DNA of 64,000 bases from assembly GCF_009914755.1 (NCBI RefSeq), contig NC_060946.1. One strand, 5' to 3'. The stretch is from the human T2T-CHM13v2.0 reference genome, Homo sapiens. A program made the translations under genes and the position numbers. The notes under the pieces are model-generated. The model saw nothing but the letters and a program-made list of their open reading frames with translations. It did no database searches and was not told where the DNA came from. This document shows, piece after piece, positions 33,479 to 46,200 of this stretch. Numbering within the stretch: position 1 is the first letter of the stretch; each line of letters starts with the position of its first letter.

Positions 33479-34330
33479 CAACTTCTCCTAATGTTGCTAT
33501 TTTGATCTTCTTTTTTAAATCATGAATGTTCTCAATGGCATCTAGAATGGTGAATCCTTTCCAATAGGTTTTCAATTATTTTGTCCAGATCCATCAAAGG
33601 AATCACGTTCTAGAGAAGCTATAGCTTTATGAAATATATTTTTAAGTGATAAGACTTGAAAGATGAAATTATTCTTTGATCCAACAGCAGCAGAATGAAT
33701 GTTGGGTTAGTAGGCATGAAAACAATATTCAGCTCTTTGTACATCTCTGTAAAAGCCCTTGAATACCAGGGGCATTGTCAGTAAGTGGTAATAGTTTGAA
33801 AGGAATCTTATTTCTTGAGCATAGGTGTCAACAGTCGGCTTAAGATACTCAGTAAACCATATTTGTAAACAGATAGTCTGTCATCCAGGCTTTGTTCCCA
33901 TTTGTAGTGTACAGGCAGAGCGTTTTATCATAATTCTTCAGGGCCCTTGGATTTTCAGAATAGTAAATCATCATTGGTTTCAAGTTAACATCACCAGCTG
34001 CATTAGCCCTTAACAAAAGAGTCAACATGTCCTTTGAAACCTTAAAGCTAGGCATCAACTCCTCTCTATCTGGGAACATCCTAGGTGGCATCTCCTTCTA
34101 ATAGAAGGCTGTTTTGTCTCCATTGCAAATGTGTTTAATGCAGCCATTTTAATCAGTTATCTTCTAGATAGGTTTCTGCAGCTTTTCCATGAGTACTTGC
34201 TGCTTTATCTTGCACTTTTATTTTATGGAGATGACTTTTTTCCTTAAAGCTCATGAAACAAGCTCTTCTAGCTTCAGACTTTTCTTCTGCAGCTGCCTCA
34301 ACTCTCTGAGCCTTCATAGAATTGAAGAGA

Positions 34331-34637
34331 GGCCGGGTGTGGTGGCTGTCACGCCTGTAATCCCAGCATTTTGGGAGGCCTAGGCGGGCAGATCACCTGA
34401 GGTCGGGAGTTCGACACCAGTCTGACCAACGTGGAGAAACCCCGTCTCTACTAAAAATACAAAAAATTAGCCAGGCGTGGTGATGCATGCCTGTAATCCC
34501 AGCTACTCGGGAGGCTGAGGCAGGAGAACGGCTCGAACTTGGGAGGCAGAGGTTGCGATGAACCTAGATGGCGCCATTGCACTCCAGCTTGGGCAAGAAG
34601 AACGAAACTCCGTCTCAAAAAAAAAAAAAAGAAAAAA
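34331..34637 (+). mobile_element. AluSp-like
   Basis: 'gaggtcgggagttcga...ggagaaaccccg' diagnostics. Confidence 0.92.
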
Positions 34638-35301
34638 GAGAGTTAGGCTTAGGCTTAATGGAATTTTTTTATCTCCTATCTAGACTAATTAAACTTTCTT
34701 CATAACAGCAGCAAGATTGTTTAGCTTTTTATCATTCATGTGTTCACTGGAGTAGTACTTTAAATTTCTTTCAAGAACACTTCCTTTGCATTCCCATCTT
34801 GGCTAAGTGCTTGTTGCATGAGATCTAGCTATTGGTCTGTCTTGCTTACAGCATGCCTTCCTCAATAAGCTAAATTATTTCTTCCTTTTGGTTTAAAGTG
34901 ACAGACATGTAACTCTTCTTTCACTTGAACACATAGAGGCTATTGTAGGTTTATTAATTGGCCACATTTTAATATTGATAAAAAGAAGCCTGAGAAAAAG
35001 AGAGAGAGAAAGAGAAATGGCCCGTTCGTGGGGCAATCAGAACACACGCATTAGTCAATTGTTTGCTGTCTTATCCGGGTGTGATTTGTGGTTCCCAAAA
35101 AACGACAATAGTAGCATTAAAGATCACTGATTACAGTTCACCATAACAGATTCAATTATAAAAAGCTTAAAATACTGTGAGAATGACCAAAATGTGACAC
35201 AGAGACGTGAAGTGAGCACGTGCTGTAGGAAAAATGGTGCCAGTGAGACCTTATTGCAGGGTGACCACAAACCGTCAATATGTAAAAAACAGATGTGTCT
35301 G

Positions 35302-37123
35302 TCTTTTGATAGACTCTGACAATCTCTGTCGTTGAATTGGTACATTCATACCATTAACATTCAAAGTGGTTATTCATATCATTGGATTAATATCTACTAT
35401 ATTTGTTACTGTTATCTATTCATTCTCCTTAGTCTTCATTCTTTTGTTTCCCACTCTTTTTCTGCCCTTTGCAGTTTTCATTGATGATTTTAGATGACTA
35501 CATTTTCCCTGTATTTCTTAGCATGTACTTCTTTTTCTAAAACTTTTTTTTAACTAGTTGCCGTAGAATTTGCAATATACATTTACAACCAATTCAAGTC
35601 CACTTTCAAATAACACGATCCCACTATCCCACAAAGAAGACTACCTGCTTAACAAAGAAAACACCTAATTCCTCAATATACATTTACAACCAATTCAAGT
35701 CCACTTTCAGATAACACTATCCCACTTCACGGGTGACTACCTGCTTAACAAAGAAAACATCTAATTCCTCCCTCCCATCCTTCCATTCCATTCCTTGTAT
35801 TATTGTTCCTTATTTCACTTGTGTATAAGCATACATAATCTATCTGTGTGTATTTATTATTATCTACAAACTTATTGGTCAGATCAATTATGAATAGATA
35901 CATGTTTTTATTGTACCACAATTCCTCCCTCCCGTCCTTGCATTCCATTCCTTGTATTAGTGTTACTCATTTTACTTGTGTATAAGCATACATAATCTAT
36001 CTGTGTGTATTTATTATTAACTATAAACTTCTTGGTCAGATCAATTAAGAATAAATATATGTTTTTATTGTACACAATTCTTTCTTTAATGCTCTTTTTA
36101 AAAAATGTTGATCCAGGTTTCAGTTATATATCTTTTGTTTCCCTCTACAGAATTTCATTTAACATTTCTTGCAAGTCAGGTCTCCTGGCAACAAGTTTCT
36201 TGAATTTTTATTTTTCTGAAGAAGGCCTTATTACTCCTTCACTTTTGAAGGGTGGTTTCATTGGGTACAGAAACGTTGGTTGGTGGGTATTTTCTGTCAA
36301 CATTTTGAATTTTTCATTCCACTGTCTTCTTGCTTTCACACTTTCTGCAATGTTGAATGCAGTTCTTATCTTTGTGTCTCTGTAGGTAAGGTGTTTTCTG
36401 CCTCACCTCTGGTTTCTTTCAGAGTTTTCCTTTATCTTTTATTTCATATAGTTTGAAAATTATATGTCCAAGTGTAGGTTGTTGGCATGTATCCTGCCTG
36501 GTGTTCTCGGAGCTTCCTGGATCTTTGGTTTGGTGTCTGACATTAATAATGGAAGTTCTCAGACATGGTTGTTGCCAATGTTTCTTCTATATCTTCTCCT
36601 CCTGATATTCTCATTACTCTGTTTCACCTTTTGTAGTTGCCCCACAGTCTTGGATATCATCTTGTTTTCTTTTCAGTGTTTATTTTCTTTTTTAATTTTC
36701 GAAGTTTCTGTTGATGAATCCTCAAGCTCAGAGATTCCTTACTCAGCTGAGTCTAGTCTACTAATAAGCCATCAGAGGTATTCTTCAGTTATTTATGGCA
36801 TTTTTATCACTACCTTATATTGATGGTTCTTATGATGTCTGTCTTTCTGATTACATTACCCATCTACACTTGAATGCTGTCCACTTCATTTATTACAGCC
36901 CTTAGCATATTCTTCAGAGGTCTAAAAAAGTTCCAAAATCATAGCTTTGTCTTCTTCTGAAGCTTTCTCTGTTGCTACTAATTGTATTTTTTTTCTTTTT
37001 TTGCCTTTTGGTATGGCTTGTAATTTTTTCCCCTTTATTCCCAGGCATGAAGTACCCACTAAAAGTGACTGCTGTTACTATAGCTTCAGTAATGTGGTGA
37101 TGAGGTGTCAGAGCAAGTGACGC
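35302..37123 (-). mobile_element. L1M (L1MD/L1MC-type), left half of the element split by the MaLR/CER insertion
   Basis: Antisense L1M with 'gagcttcctggatctttggtttggtgtctgacattaa' and 'cagtaatgtggtgatgaggtgt'. Continues at 52624. Confidence 0.78.
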
Positions 37124-37262
37124 TCTCTTAGTTTCTTTAGCCTGCTACAACAAAATACTTTAGACTGAATAATTAATAAACAACAGAGATTATTGCTCAT
37201 GGTTCTGGAGGTTGGAAAGTCCAAGACTAAAGTGCCAGGACATTTGGCGTTTCGTGAAGGTC
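37124..37262 (-). mobile_element. MaLR LTR (MST/MLT1A-type), first ~135 bp, running directly into the CER array
   Basis: tctcttagtttctttagcctgctacaacaaaatactttagactgaataatt..aaacaacagagattattgctcatggttctggaggttggaaagtccaagact..gtgcc..tttggcgtttcgtgaaggtc is the standard antisense MaLR LTR opening. Confidence 0.85.
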
Positions 37263-40200
37263 AAACATTCAGACACTTGCAACGACTCTAGTGGCAGCAG
37301 CAGTGTTCAGGAATCCTATGTGAGGGACAAACACGCAGAACCCAGCAGGAGTGTTCTAGAATCCTATGTGAGGGAAAAACTTTCAGACCCTCTTAGCCGT
37401 GTTCTGGAATCCTATGTGAGGGACAAACATTCAGACCCCAGCAGTAGTGTTGTGGAATCCTATGTAAGAACAAGCATTCAGACCACAGCAGGAGTGTTCT
37501 GGAATACTATGTGAGGAACAAACATTCAGACCCTCGTAGCAGTGTTCTGGAATCCTATGTGAGGGACAAACATTCAGACCACAGCAGGAGTGTTCTGGAA
37601 TCCTATGTGAGAGACAAACATTCAGACCCTCGTAACAGTGTTCTGCAATCCTTTGTGAGGGAAAAACATTCAGACCCTCGTAGCAGAGTTCCGGAAACCT
37701 ATGTGAGGGGCAAACATTCAGACCACAGCAGTATTCTGGAATCCTATGTGAGGGAAAAACATTCAGAGCCTCGTATCAGTGTTCTGGTATCCAATGTGAG
37801 GGAACACAATTGAGACCCTCTTAGTAGTGTTCTGGAACGCTATGTGACAGATGAACATTCAGACCCTCGTAGCAGTGTTCTGCAATCCTATGTCACGGAC
37901 CTTCAGACCCCAGCCACAGTGTTCTGGAATCCTGACAAACAAACATTCAGACCACAGCAGCAGTGTTCTGGAATCCTATGTGAGGGACAAACTTTCACAT
38001 CACAGCAGGAGTGTTCTGGAATCCTGTGTGAGGGACAAACATTCAGACCACAGCAACAGCGTTCTGGAATCCTGTGTGAGGGACAAATATTCAGACCCTT
38101 GTAGCAGTGTTCTGGAATCCTATGTGAGGGACAAACATTCAGACCCCAGCAACAGTGTTCTGGAATCTTATGCGAGGGACAAACATTCAGATCCTCCTAG
38201 CTGTGTTCTGGAATCCTATGTCAGGGACAAATATTCAGACACCAGCTGCAATGTTCTGGAATCCTATGTGACAGACCAACATTCAGACCATAGCAGCAGT
38301 GTCCTGGAATCCTACGTGAGGGACAAACTTTTAGACCGCTGCAGGAGTGTTCTGGAGTCAGATATAAGGGACAAACATTGAGACACTCGTAAAAATGTTA
38401 TGGAATCCTATGTGAGGGACAAACATTCAGACCAGAGCTAGAATGTTCTGGAATCGTCTGTGAGGGACAAATACTCACACCCTCATAGCAGTGTTCTAGA
38501 ATCCTATGTGAAGGACAGACTTTCAGACCCTTGTAGCAGTGTTCTGGAATGCTATGTGAGGTAAAAACATTTACACTATCAAGAGAGTTCTGGAATCCTA
38601 TGTGAGGAACAAACATTCAGACAACAGGTGTGTACTAGAATCCTATGTGAGGAACAATCATTCAGACCACAGCAGGAGTGTTCTGGAATCCTGTCTCAGG
38701 GACAAACATTGAGACCATCGTAGCAGTGTTCTGGAATCGTATGTGAAGAACAAAGATTCAGACAACAGCAGGAGTGTTCTGGAATCCTATGTGAGGGACA
38801 AACATTCAGACCACAGCAGGAGTGCTCTGGAATCCTGTCTGAGAGACAAACATTGAGACCCTTGTAGCAGTGTTCTGGAATCGTATGTGAAGAATAAACA
38901 TTCAGACGACAGCAGGAGTGTTCTAGAATCCTATCTGAGGGACAAACATTCAGATCACAACAGGAGTGTTCTGGAATGCTATGTGAGGAAGAAACATTCA
39001 CATGACTGCAGGAGTGTTCTGGGATCCTCTGTGAGGGACAAGCATTGAGACCCTCGTAGCAGTGTTATGGAATCATATGTGAGAGACAAACATTCAAACC
39101 ACAGCAGGAGTGTTCTGGAATCCTGTGTGAGGGACAAAATTTCAGAATGTCGTAGCAGTGTTCTATAATCCTATATGAGAAAGAAACATTCAGACCACAG
39201 CAGGAGTGCTCTGAAATCCTATGTGAGAGACAAACATTCAGAACCTAGTAGCTGTGTGCTGGAATCTTATGTGAGGGACAGATATTTAGACCCTCACAGC
39301 AGTTTTCTGGAATCCCATGTGAGGGGCAAACCTTCAGACCCTCTCAGCAGTGCTGTGTCTACTAGGTGAGGGACAAACATTCAGACTGTCGTGACAGTAT
39401 TCTGTAATCCCATGTGAGGGACAAACATTCAGACCCCGGGACCAGTGTTCTGAAATCCTTTGTTAAGGGCAAAAATTGTGATCCCAGCATCAATGTTGTG
39501 GAATCCTATGTGAGTGACAAACATTCAGACCACAGCAGCTGTGTTCTGGAATCCTATGTGAGGGACAAACATTCAGACCCCATCAGGAGTATTCTGGAAT
39601 CCTATGTGAGGGACAAACATTCAGACCCTCGTAGCAGTGTTCAGGAATCCTATGTGAGGGACAAACTTTCAGACCACAGCAGCTGTGTTCTGGAATCCTG
39701 TGAGAGGAACAAACATTCAGACCACATCAGGAGTGTTCTGGAATCCTCTGTGAGGGGCAAACATTCAGACTCCAGCAGGAGTGTCCTTGAATTTTATGTG
39801 AGGAACAAACACTCAGACCACAGCAGGAGTGTTCTGGAATCCTATGTGAGGAACAAACATTCACACCACAGCAGGACTGATCTGGGATTCTATGTGAGGG
39901 ACTACCATTCAGACCCTTGCAGCAGTGTTCTGGAATCTTATGTGAGGGACAAACATTCAGACCCCAGCAGGACTACTCTGGATTCCAATGTGAGGGACAA
40001 GCATTTCAACCGTCGTAGCACTGTTCAGGAATCCTATGTGAGGGACAAATATTCAGACCAAAGCAGCAGTGTTCTGGAATCCTTTGTGAGGGACAAACAT
40101 TCAGACCCTTGTAGCAGTGTTCTGGAATCCTTTGTGAAGGAAAAACACTCAGATCCTCGTAGCAGTGTTCAGGAATCCTATGTGAGGGACAAACATTCAG

Positions 40201-43200
40201 ACCCCAGCGGGAGTGTTTTTGAATCCTATGTTAGGAACAAATATTCAGACCACAGCAGGAGTTTTCTGGAATCGTATGGGAGGGACAAACATTCAGACCA
40301 CAGCGGGAGTGTTCTGTAATCCTATGTGAGGAAGAAACATTCACACCACAGCAGGAGTGCTCTGGAATCCTATGTGAGGGACAAACATTCAGAACCTTGT
40401 AGCAGTGTGCTGGAATCTTCTGTGAGGAACAGCTTTTTAGACCCTCACAGCAGTGTTCTGCAATCCTATGTGAGGGGCAAACCTTCAGACCCTCACAGCA
40501 GTGTTTTCCCTACTAGGTGAGGGACAAATATTCAGATCCTCGTGGCAGTATTCTGTAATCCTATGTGAGGGACAAACACTCAGACCCCAGGAGCAGTGTT
40601 CTGAAATCCTATGTTAAGGGGAAACAATCGGACCCCAGTATCAATGTTCTGGAATCCTATGTGAGGGACATACATTCAGACCACAGCAATAGTGTTCTGG
40701 AATGCTATGTGAGGTACAAACATTCACACCACAGCAGGACTGTTCTGGGATCCTATGTGAGCGACAAACATTCAAACCACAGCAGGAGTGTTCTGGAATC
40801 CTATGTGAGGGCCAAACATTCAGACCCTCTTAGTGTTCAGGAATCCTATGGGAGGGACAAACATTCAGACCACAGCAGCAGTGTTCTGGAATCCTTTTTG
40901 ATGGACAAACATCAGACCCTCGTAGTAGTGGTCTGGAATCCTATCTGAGAGACAAATATTCAGACCCTCTTAGCAGTGTTCTGGAATCCTGTGAGAGGGA
41001 CAAATATTCAGACCACAGCAGTAGTGTTCTGGAATCCTATGTAAGGGACAAACAGACTACACAGGAGTGTTCTGGAATCCTGCTTGTGGAACAAACATTC
41101 AAACCACAGTAGGCATGTTCTGGAATCCTGGGTGAGGGACAAACTTTCAGAACGTCGTAGCAGTGTTCTGTAATCCTATGTGAGGAAGAAACATTCAGAC
41201 CACAGCAGGGGTGCTCTGGAGTCCTATGTGAAAGACAAACATTCAGAACCTCCTAACAGTGTTCTGTAATCCTATTCGAGGGACAAATGTTCAGACCCCA
41301 GGAGCAGTGTTCTGAAATCCTATGTTAAGGGCAAACATTCGGACCCCAGCATCAATATTCCATAATCCTATGTGAGGGACATGCATTCAGACCACAGCAG
41401 TAGTGTTCTGGAATGCTATGTGAGGAGCAAACCATCATACTGCAGAAGGACTGTTCTGGGATCCTATGTTAGGGAAAAACATTCAAACCACAATAGGAGT
41501 GTTCTGGAATCCTGTGTGAGGGACGAACTTTCAGAGCATAGCAGGAGTGTTCTGAAATGCTATGTGAGGAACAAACATTCAGAAAACTGCAGGAGTGTTC
41601 TGGGAACCTATGACAGGGACACGTATTCAGACCCTCGTAGCAGTGCTCTAGAATCCTTTGTGAAAAACAAACATTCACATCACAACAGGAGTGTTCTGGA
41701 ATCCTACATGAGGGACGAACATTCAGACCACAGCAGGCGTTTTCTGGAATCGCATGTGAGGGACAAACATTCAGAACGTGGTAGCAGTGTGCTGGAATCT
41801 TATGTGAGGGACAGATATTTAGACCCTCGCAGAAGTGTTCTGGAATCCTATGTGAAGGGCAAACCTTCAGACCCTCGCAGCAGTGTTCTCCATGGTAGGT
41901 GAGGGACAAACATTCAGACCGTCGTGGCAGTATTCTGTACTCCTATGTGAGGGACAAACATTCAGACCCCGGGAGCTGTGTTATGAAATCCTATGTTAAG
42001 GGAAAAAATCGGACCCCAGCATCAATGTTGTGGAATCCTATGTGAGGGACATACAATCAGACCACAGCAATAGTGTTCTGGAATGCTATGTGAGGAACAA
42101 ACATTGACACCACAGCAGGACTGTTCTGGGTTCCTAAGTGAGAGACAAACATTCAGACCAAAGAAGCAGTGTTCTGGAATCCTATGTGAAAGAGAAACAT
42201 TCTGACCCCAGCAGGAATATTCTGGAATCCTATGTGAGGGACAAACATTGAGACCCTCATAGCAGTGTTCAGGAATCCTATGTGAGGGACAACATTCAGA
42301 CCACAGCAGCGGTGTTCTGGAATCCTTTGTGAGGGACAATCATTCAGACCTTCGTAGCAGTGTTCTGGAATCCTGTGAGAGGGACAGACATTCAGACCAC
42401 AGCGGAAGTGTTCTGGAATCCTATGTGAGGGACAAACCGTCAGACAACAGCAGGAGTGTTATGGAATCCTGTGTGAGGAACAAACATTCAAACCACAGTA
42501 GGAATGTTCTGGAATCCTTTGTGAGGAACAAAATTTCAAAACCTCGTGGCAGTGTTCTGGAATCCTGTGTGAGGAACAAACATTCAGACCACAGCAGGAG
42601 TGTTCTGGAATCCTATGTGAGAGACAAACATTCAGAACCTGGTAGCAGTGTGCTGGAATCTTATGTGAGGGACAGATATTTAGACCCTCACAGCAGTGTT
42701 CTGAAATCCTCTGTGAGGGACAAACATTCAGACTCTCGCAGCATTGTTCTCACTACTAGGTGAGGGAGAAACATTCAAACCCTCATAGCCGTGTTCTGGA
42801 ATCCTATCTGAGAGGCAAACATTCAGACCCTCGTAGCAGTGTTCTGGAATCCTGTGAGAGGGACAAACATTCAGACCACAGCAGGAATGTTTTGGAATCC
42901 TCTGTGAGGCACAAACTTTCAGACTCCAGCAGGAGTGTTCTTGAATCCTATGTGAGGAACAAACATTCAGACCACAGCAGCAGTGTTCTGGAATCCTATG
43001 TGAGGGACAAACATTCAGACTCCAGCAGGAGTGTTCTTGGATCCTATGTGAGGAACAAAAATTCAGACCACAGCAACAGTGTTCTGGAATCCTATGTGAG
43101 GGACAAATATTCAGTACCTCGTAGCAGTGTTCCAGAAACCTATATGAAGGACAAACATTGAAAACACAGCAGTAGCGTTCTGGAATCTTATGTGAGGGGC

Positions 43201-46200
43201 AAACATTCAGACCCCAGCAAGAGTGTTCTTGAATCCTATGTTAGGAACAAACAGCCAGACACAGCAGGAGTGTTCTGGAATCCTATGTGAGGGAAAAACA
43301 TTTAGACCACAGCGAGAGTGTTCTGGAATGCTATGTGTGGAACAAACATTCACACCACTGCAGGATTGTTCTGGCATCCTACGTGAGGGACAAGCATTCA
43401 GACCCTCGTAGCAGTGTTCTGGAATCCTATGTGAGGGACAAACATTCAGACTACAGCAGCAGTGTTGTGGAATCCTATGTGAGGGACAAACAGTCAGACC
43501 ACAGCGGGAGAGTTCTGGAATTTTCTGTGAGGAACAAACATTCAAACCACAGCAGGATTGTTCCAGAATCCTGTGTGAGGGTCAAAATTTCAGAAAGTCA
43601 TAGCAGTGTTCTGTAATCCTATGTGAGGAAGAAATATTCAGACCACAGCAGGAGTGCTCTGGAATCCTATGTGAGGGACAAACATTCAGAAACTCGCAGT
43701 GTGCTGGAATCTTCTGTGAGGGACAGATATTTAGACCCTCACAGTAGTGTTCTGGAATCCTGTGAGGGGCAAACCTTCAGACCCGCGCAGCAGTGTTCTC
43801 CCGACTAGGTGACAGAGAAACATTCAGACCCTCGTGGCGGTATTCTGTAATCCTATGTGAGGGACAAACATTCAGACGCGAGGAGCAGTGTACTGAAATC
43901 CTATGTAAATGGGAAAGAATCAGACCCCATCATCAATGTTCTGGAATCCTGTATGAGGGACATACATTCAGACCACAGCAATAGTGTTCTGGAATGCTAT
44001 GTGAGGAACAAACATTCACACCACAGCAGAACTGTTCTGGGATTCTATGTGAGTGACAAACATTCAGACCACAGCAGGAGTGTTCTGGAATCCTATGTGA
44101 GGGACAAACATGTAAACCCCAGAAGAAGTGTTCTGGAATTTTATGTGAGGGACAAACATTCAGACCACAGCAGGAGTGTCCTGGAATCCTATGTGAGGGA
44201 CAAGCATTCAGACCCTCATAGCAGTGTTCAGGAATCCTATTTGAGGGACAAACATTCAGACCACAGCAGCAGTGTTCTGGAATCCTTTGTGAGGGACAAT
44301 CATTCAGACCCTCGTAGTAGTGTTCTGGAATCCTATCGGAGAAACAAACATTCAGACACTTGTAGCAGTTTTCTGGAATTCTGTGGGAGGGACAAACATT
44401 CAGACCACAGCAGGAGTTTTCTGGACTCCTATGTGAGGGAGAAAATGGCAGACAACAGCAGGAGTGTTCTGGAATCCTGTGTGAGGAAAAAAATTTAAAA
44501 ACGTCGAAGCAGTGTTCTGGAATCCTGTGTCAGGAACAAACATTCAGACCACAGCAGGAGTGCTCTGGAATCCTATGTGAGAGATAAACATTCAGAACCT
44601 CATAGCAGTGTGCTGGAATCTTATGTGAGGGACAGATATTTAGACCCTCGCAGCAGCTTTCTGGAATCCTATGTGTGGGACAAACATTCAGTCCTTCACA
44701 GCATTGTTCTCACCTCTAGGTGAGGGAGAAACATTCAAACCCCCATAGCAGTATTCTGAAATCCTATCTGAGAGGCAAACATTCAGACCCTTGTAGCAGG
44801 GTTCTGGAATCCTGCAAGAGGGACTAACATTCATACCACAGAAGGAGTGTTTTGGAATCCTCTGTGAGGAACAAACATTCAAAGCCCACCAGGAGTGTTC
44901 TTGAATCCTATGTGAGAAGCATACATTCAGACCACAGCAGCAGTGTTCTGGAGTCCTATGTGAGGGACAAACATTCATACCACAGCAGTAGTGTTCTGCA
45001 ATGCTATGTGAGGAACAAACATTCTCACCACAGCAGGACTGTTCTGGGATACTATGTGAGGGACTAACATTCAGACGGTTGTAGTAGTGTTCTGGAATCC
45101 TATGTGAGAGACAAACATTCAGACCCCAGCAGGATTATTCCGGATTCCTATGTGAGGGACAAGCATTCTGACCCTCATAGCACTGTTGAGGAATCCTATG
45201 TGAGGGACAAATATTCAGACCAAAGCAGCAGTGTTCTGGAATCCTATGTGAGGAACAAACATTCAGACCCTTGTAGCAGTGTTCTGGAATCCTATGTGAA
45301 AGAGAAACATTCACAACACAGCAGCAGCGTTCTGAAATCCTATGTGAGGGGCAAACATTCAGACCCCAGCAGGAGTGTTCTGGAATCCTATGGGAGGGAC
45401 AAACACTCAGACCCCAGCAGGAGTATTCTGGAATCCCATTTGAGGGATAAACATTCAGACCAAAGCAACAGTGTTCTGGAATCCTATGTGAGTATGTGAG
45501 GGGTAAACATTCAGACCCCAGCAGGAGTGTTCTGGAATCCTATGGGAGGGACAAACACTCAGAACCCAGCAGGAGTATTCTAGAATCCCATTTGAGGGAT
45601 AAACATTCAGACCCTGGTAACAGTGTTCTGGAATCCTATCTGAGAGACAAACATTCAGACCAGAGAAGCAGTGTTCTGGAATCCTGTGAGAGGGACACAC
45701 ATTCAGACCACAGCGGGAGTGTTGTGGAACCCTATGTGAGGGACAAACAATCAGACCACAACAATAGTGTTCAGGAATGCTATGTGAGGAACAAACATTC
45801 ACACCACAGCAGGACTGTTCTGGGATCTTATGTGAGTGACAAGCATTCAGACCACAGCAGCAGTGTTCTGGAATCCTATGTGAGGGACAAGCATTCAGAC
45901 CCTCGTAGCAGTGTTCAGGAATCCTATGTGAGGGACAAACAATCAGACCACAGCAGCAGTGTTCTGGAATCCTTTGTGAGGGACAAACATTCAGACCCTC
46001 GTAGGAATGTTCCAGAAACCTATGTGAGAGACAAACATTCAGACCCTCGTAGCAGTGTTCTGGAATCCTGTGAGAGGGACAAACATTCAGACCACAGTTG
46101 GAGGGTTCTGGAATCCTATGTGAGGGACAAACATTCAGACCCCAGCAGGAGTGTTCTTGAATCCTATGTGAGAAAGAAACATTCACAGCACTGCAGGAGT

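Noticed and set aside
33849-34091. Domesticated TIGD-like transposase gene
   Set aside because: A short frameshifted piece of an Alu-interrupted Tigger1 fossil.
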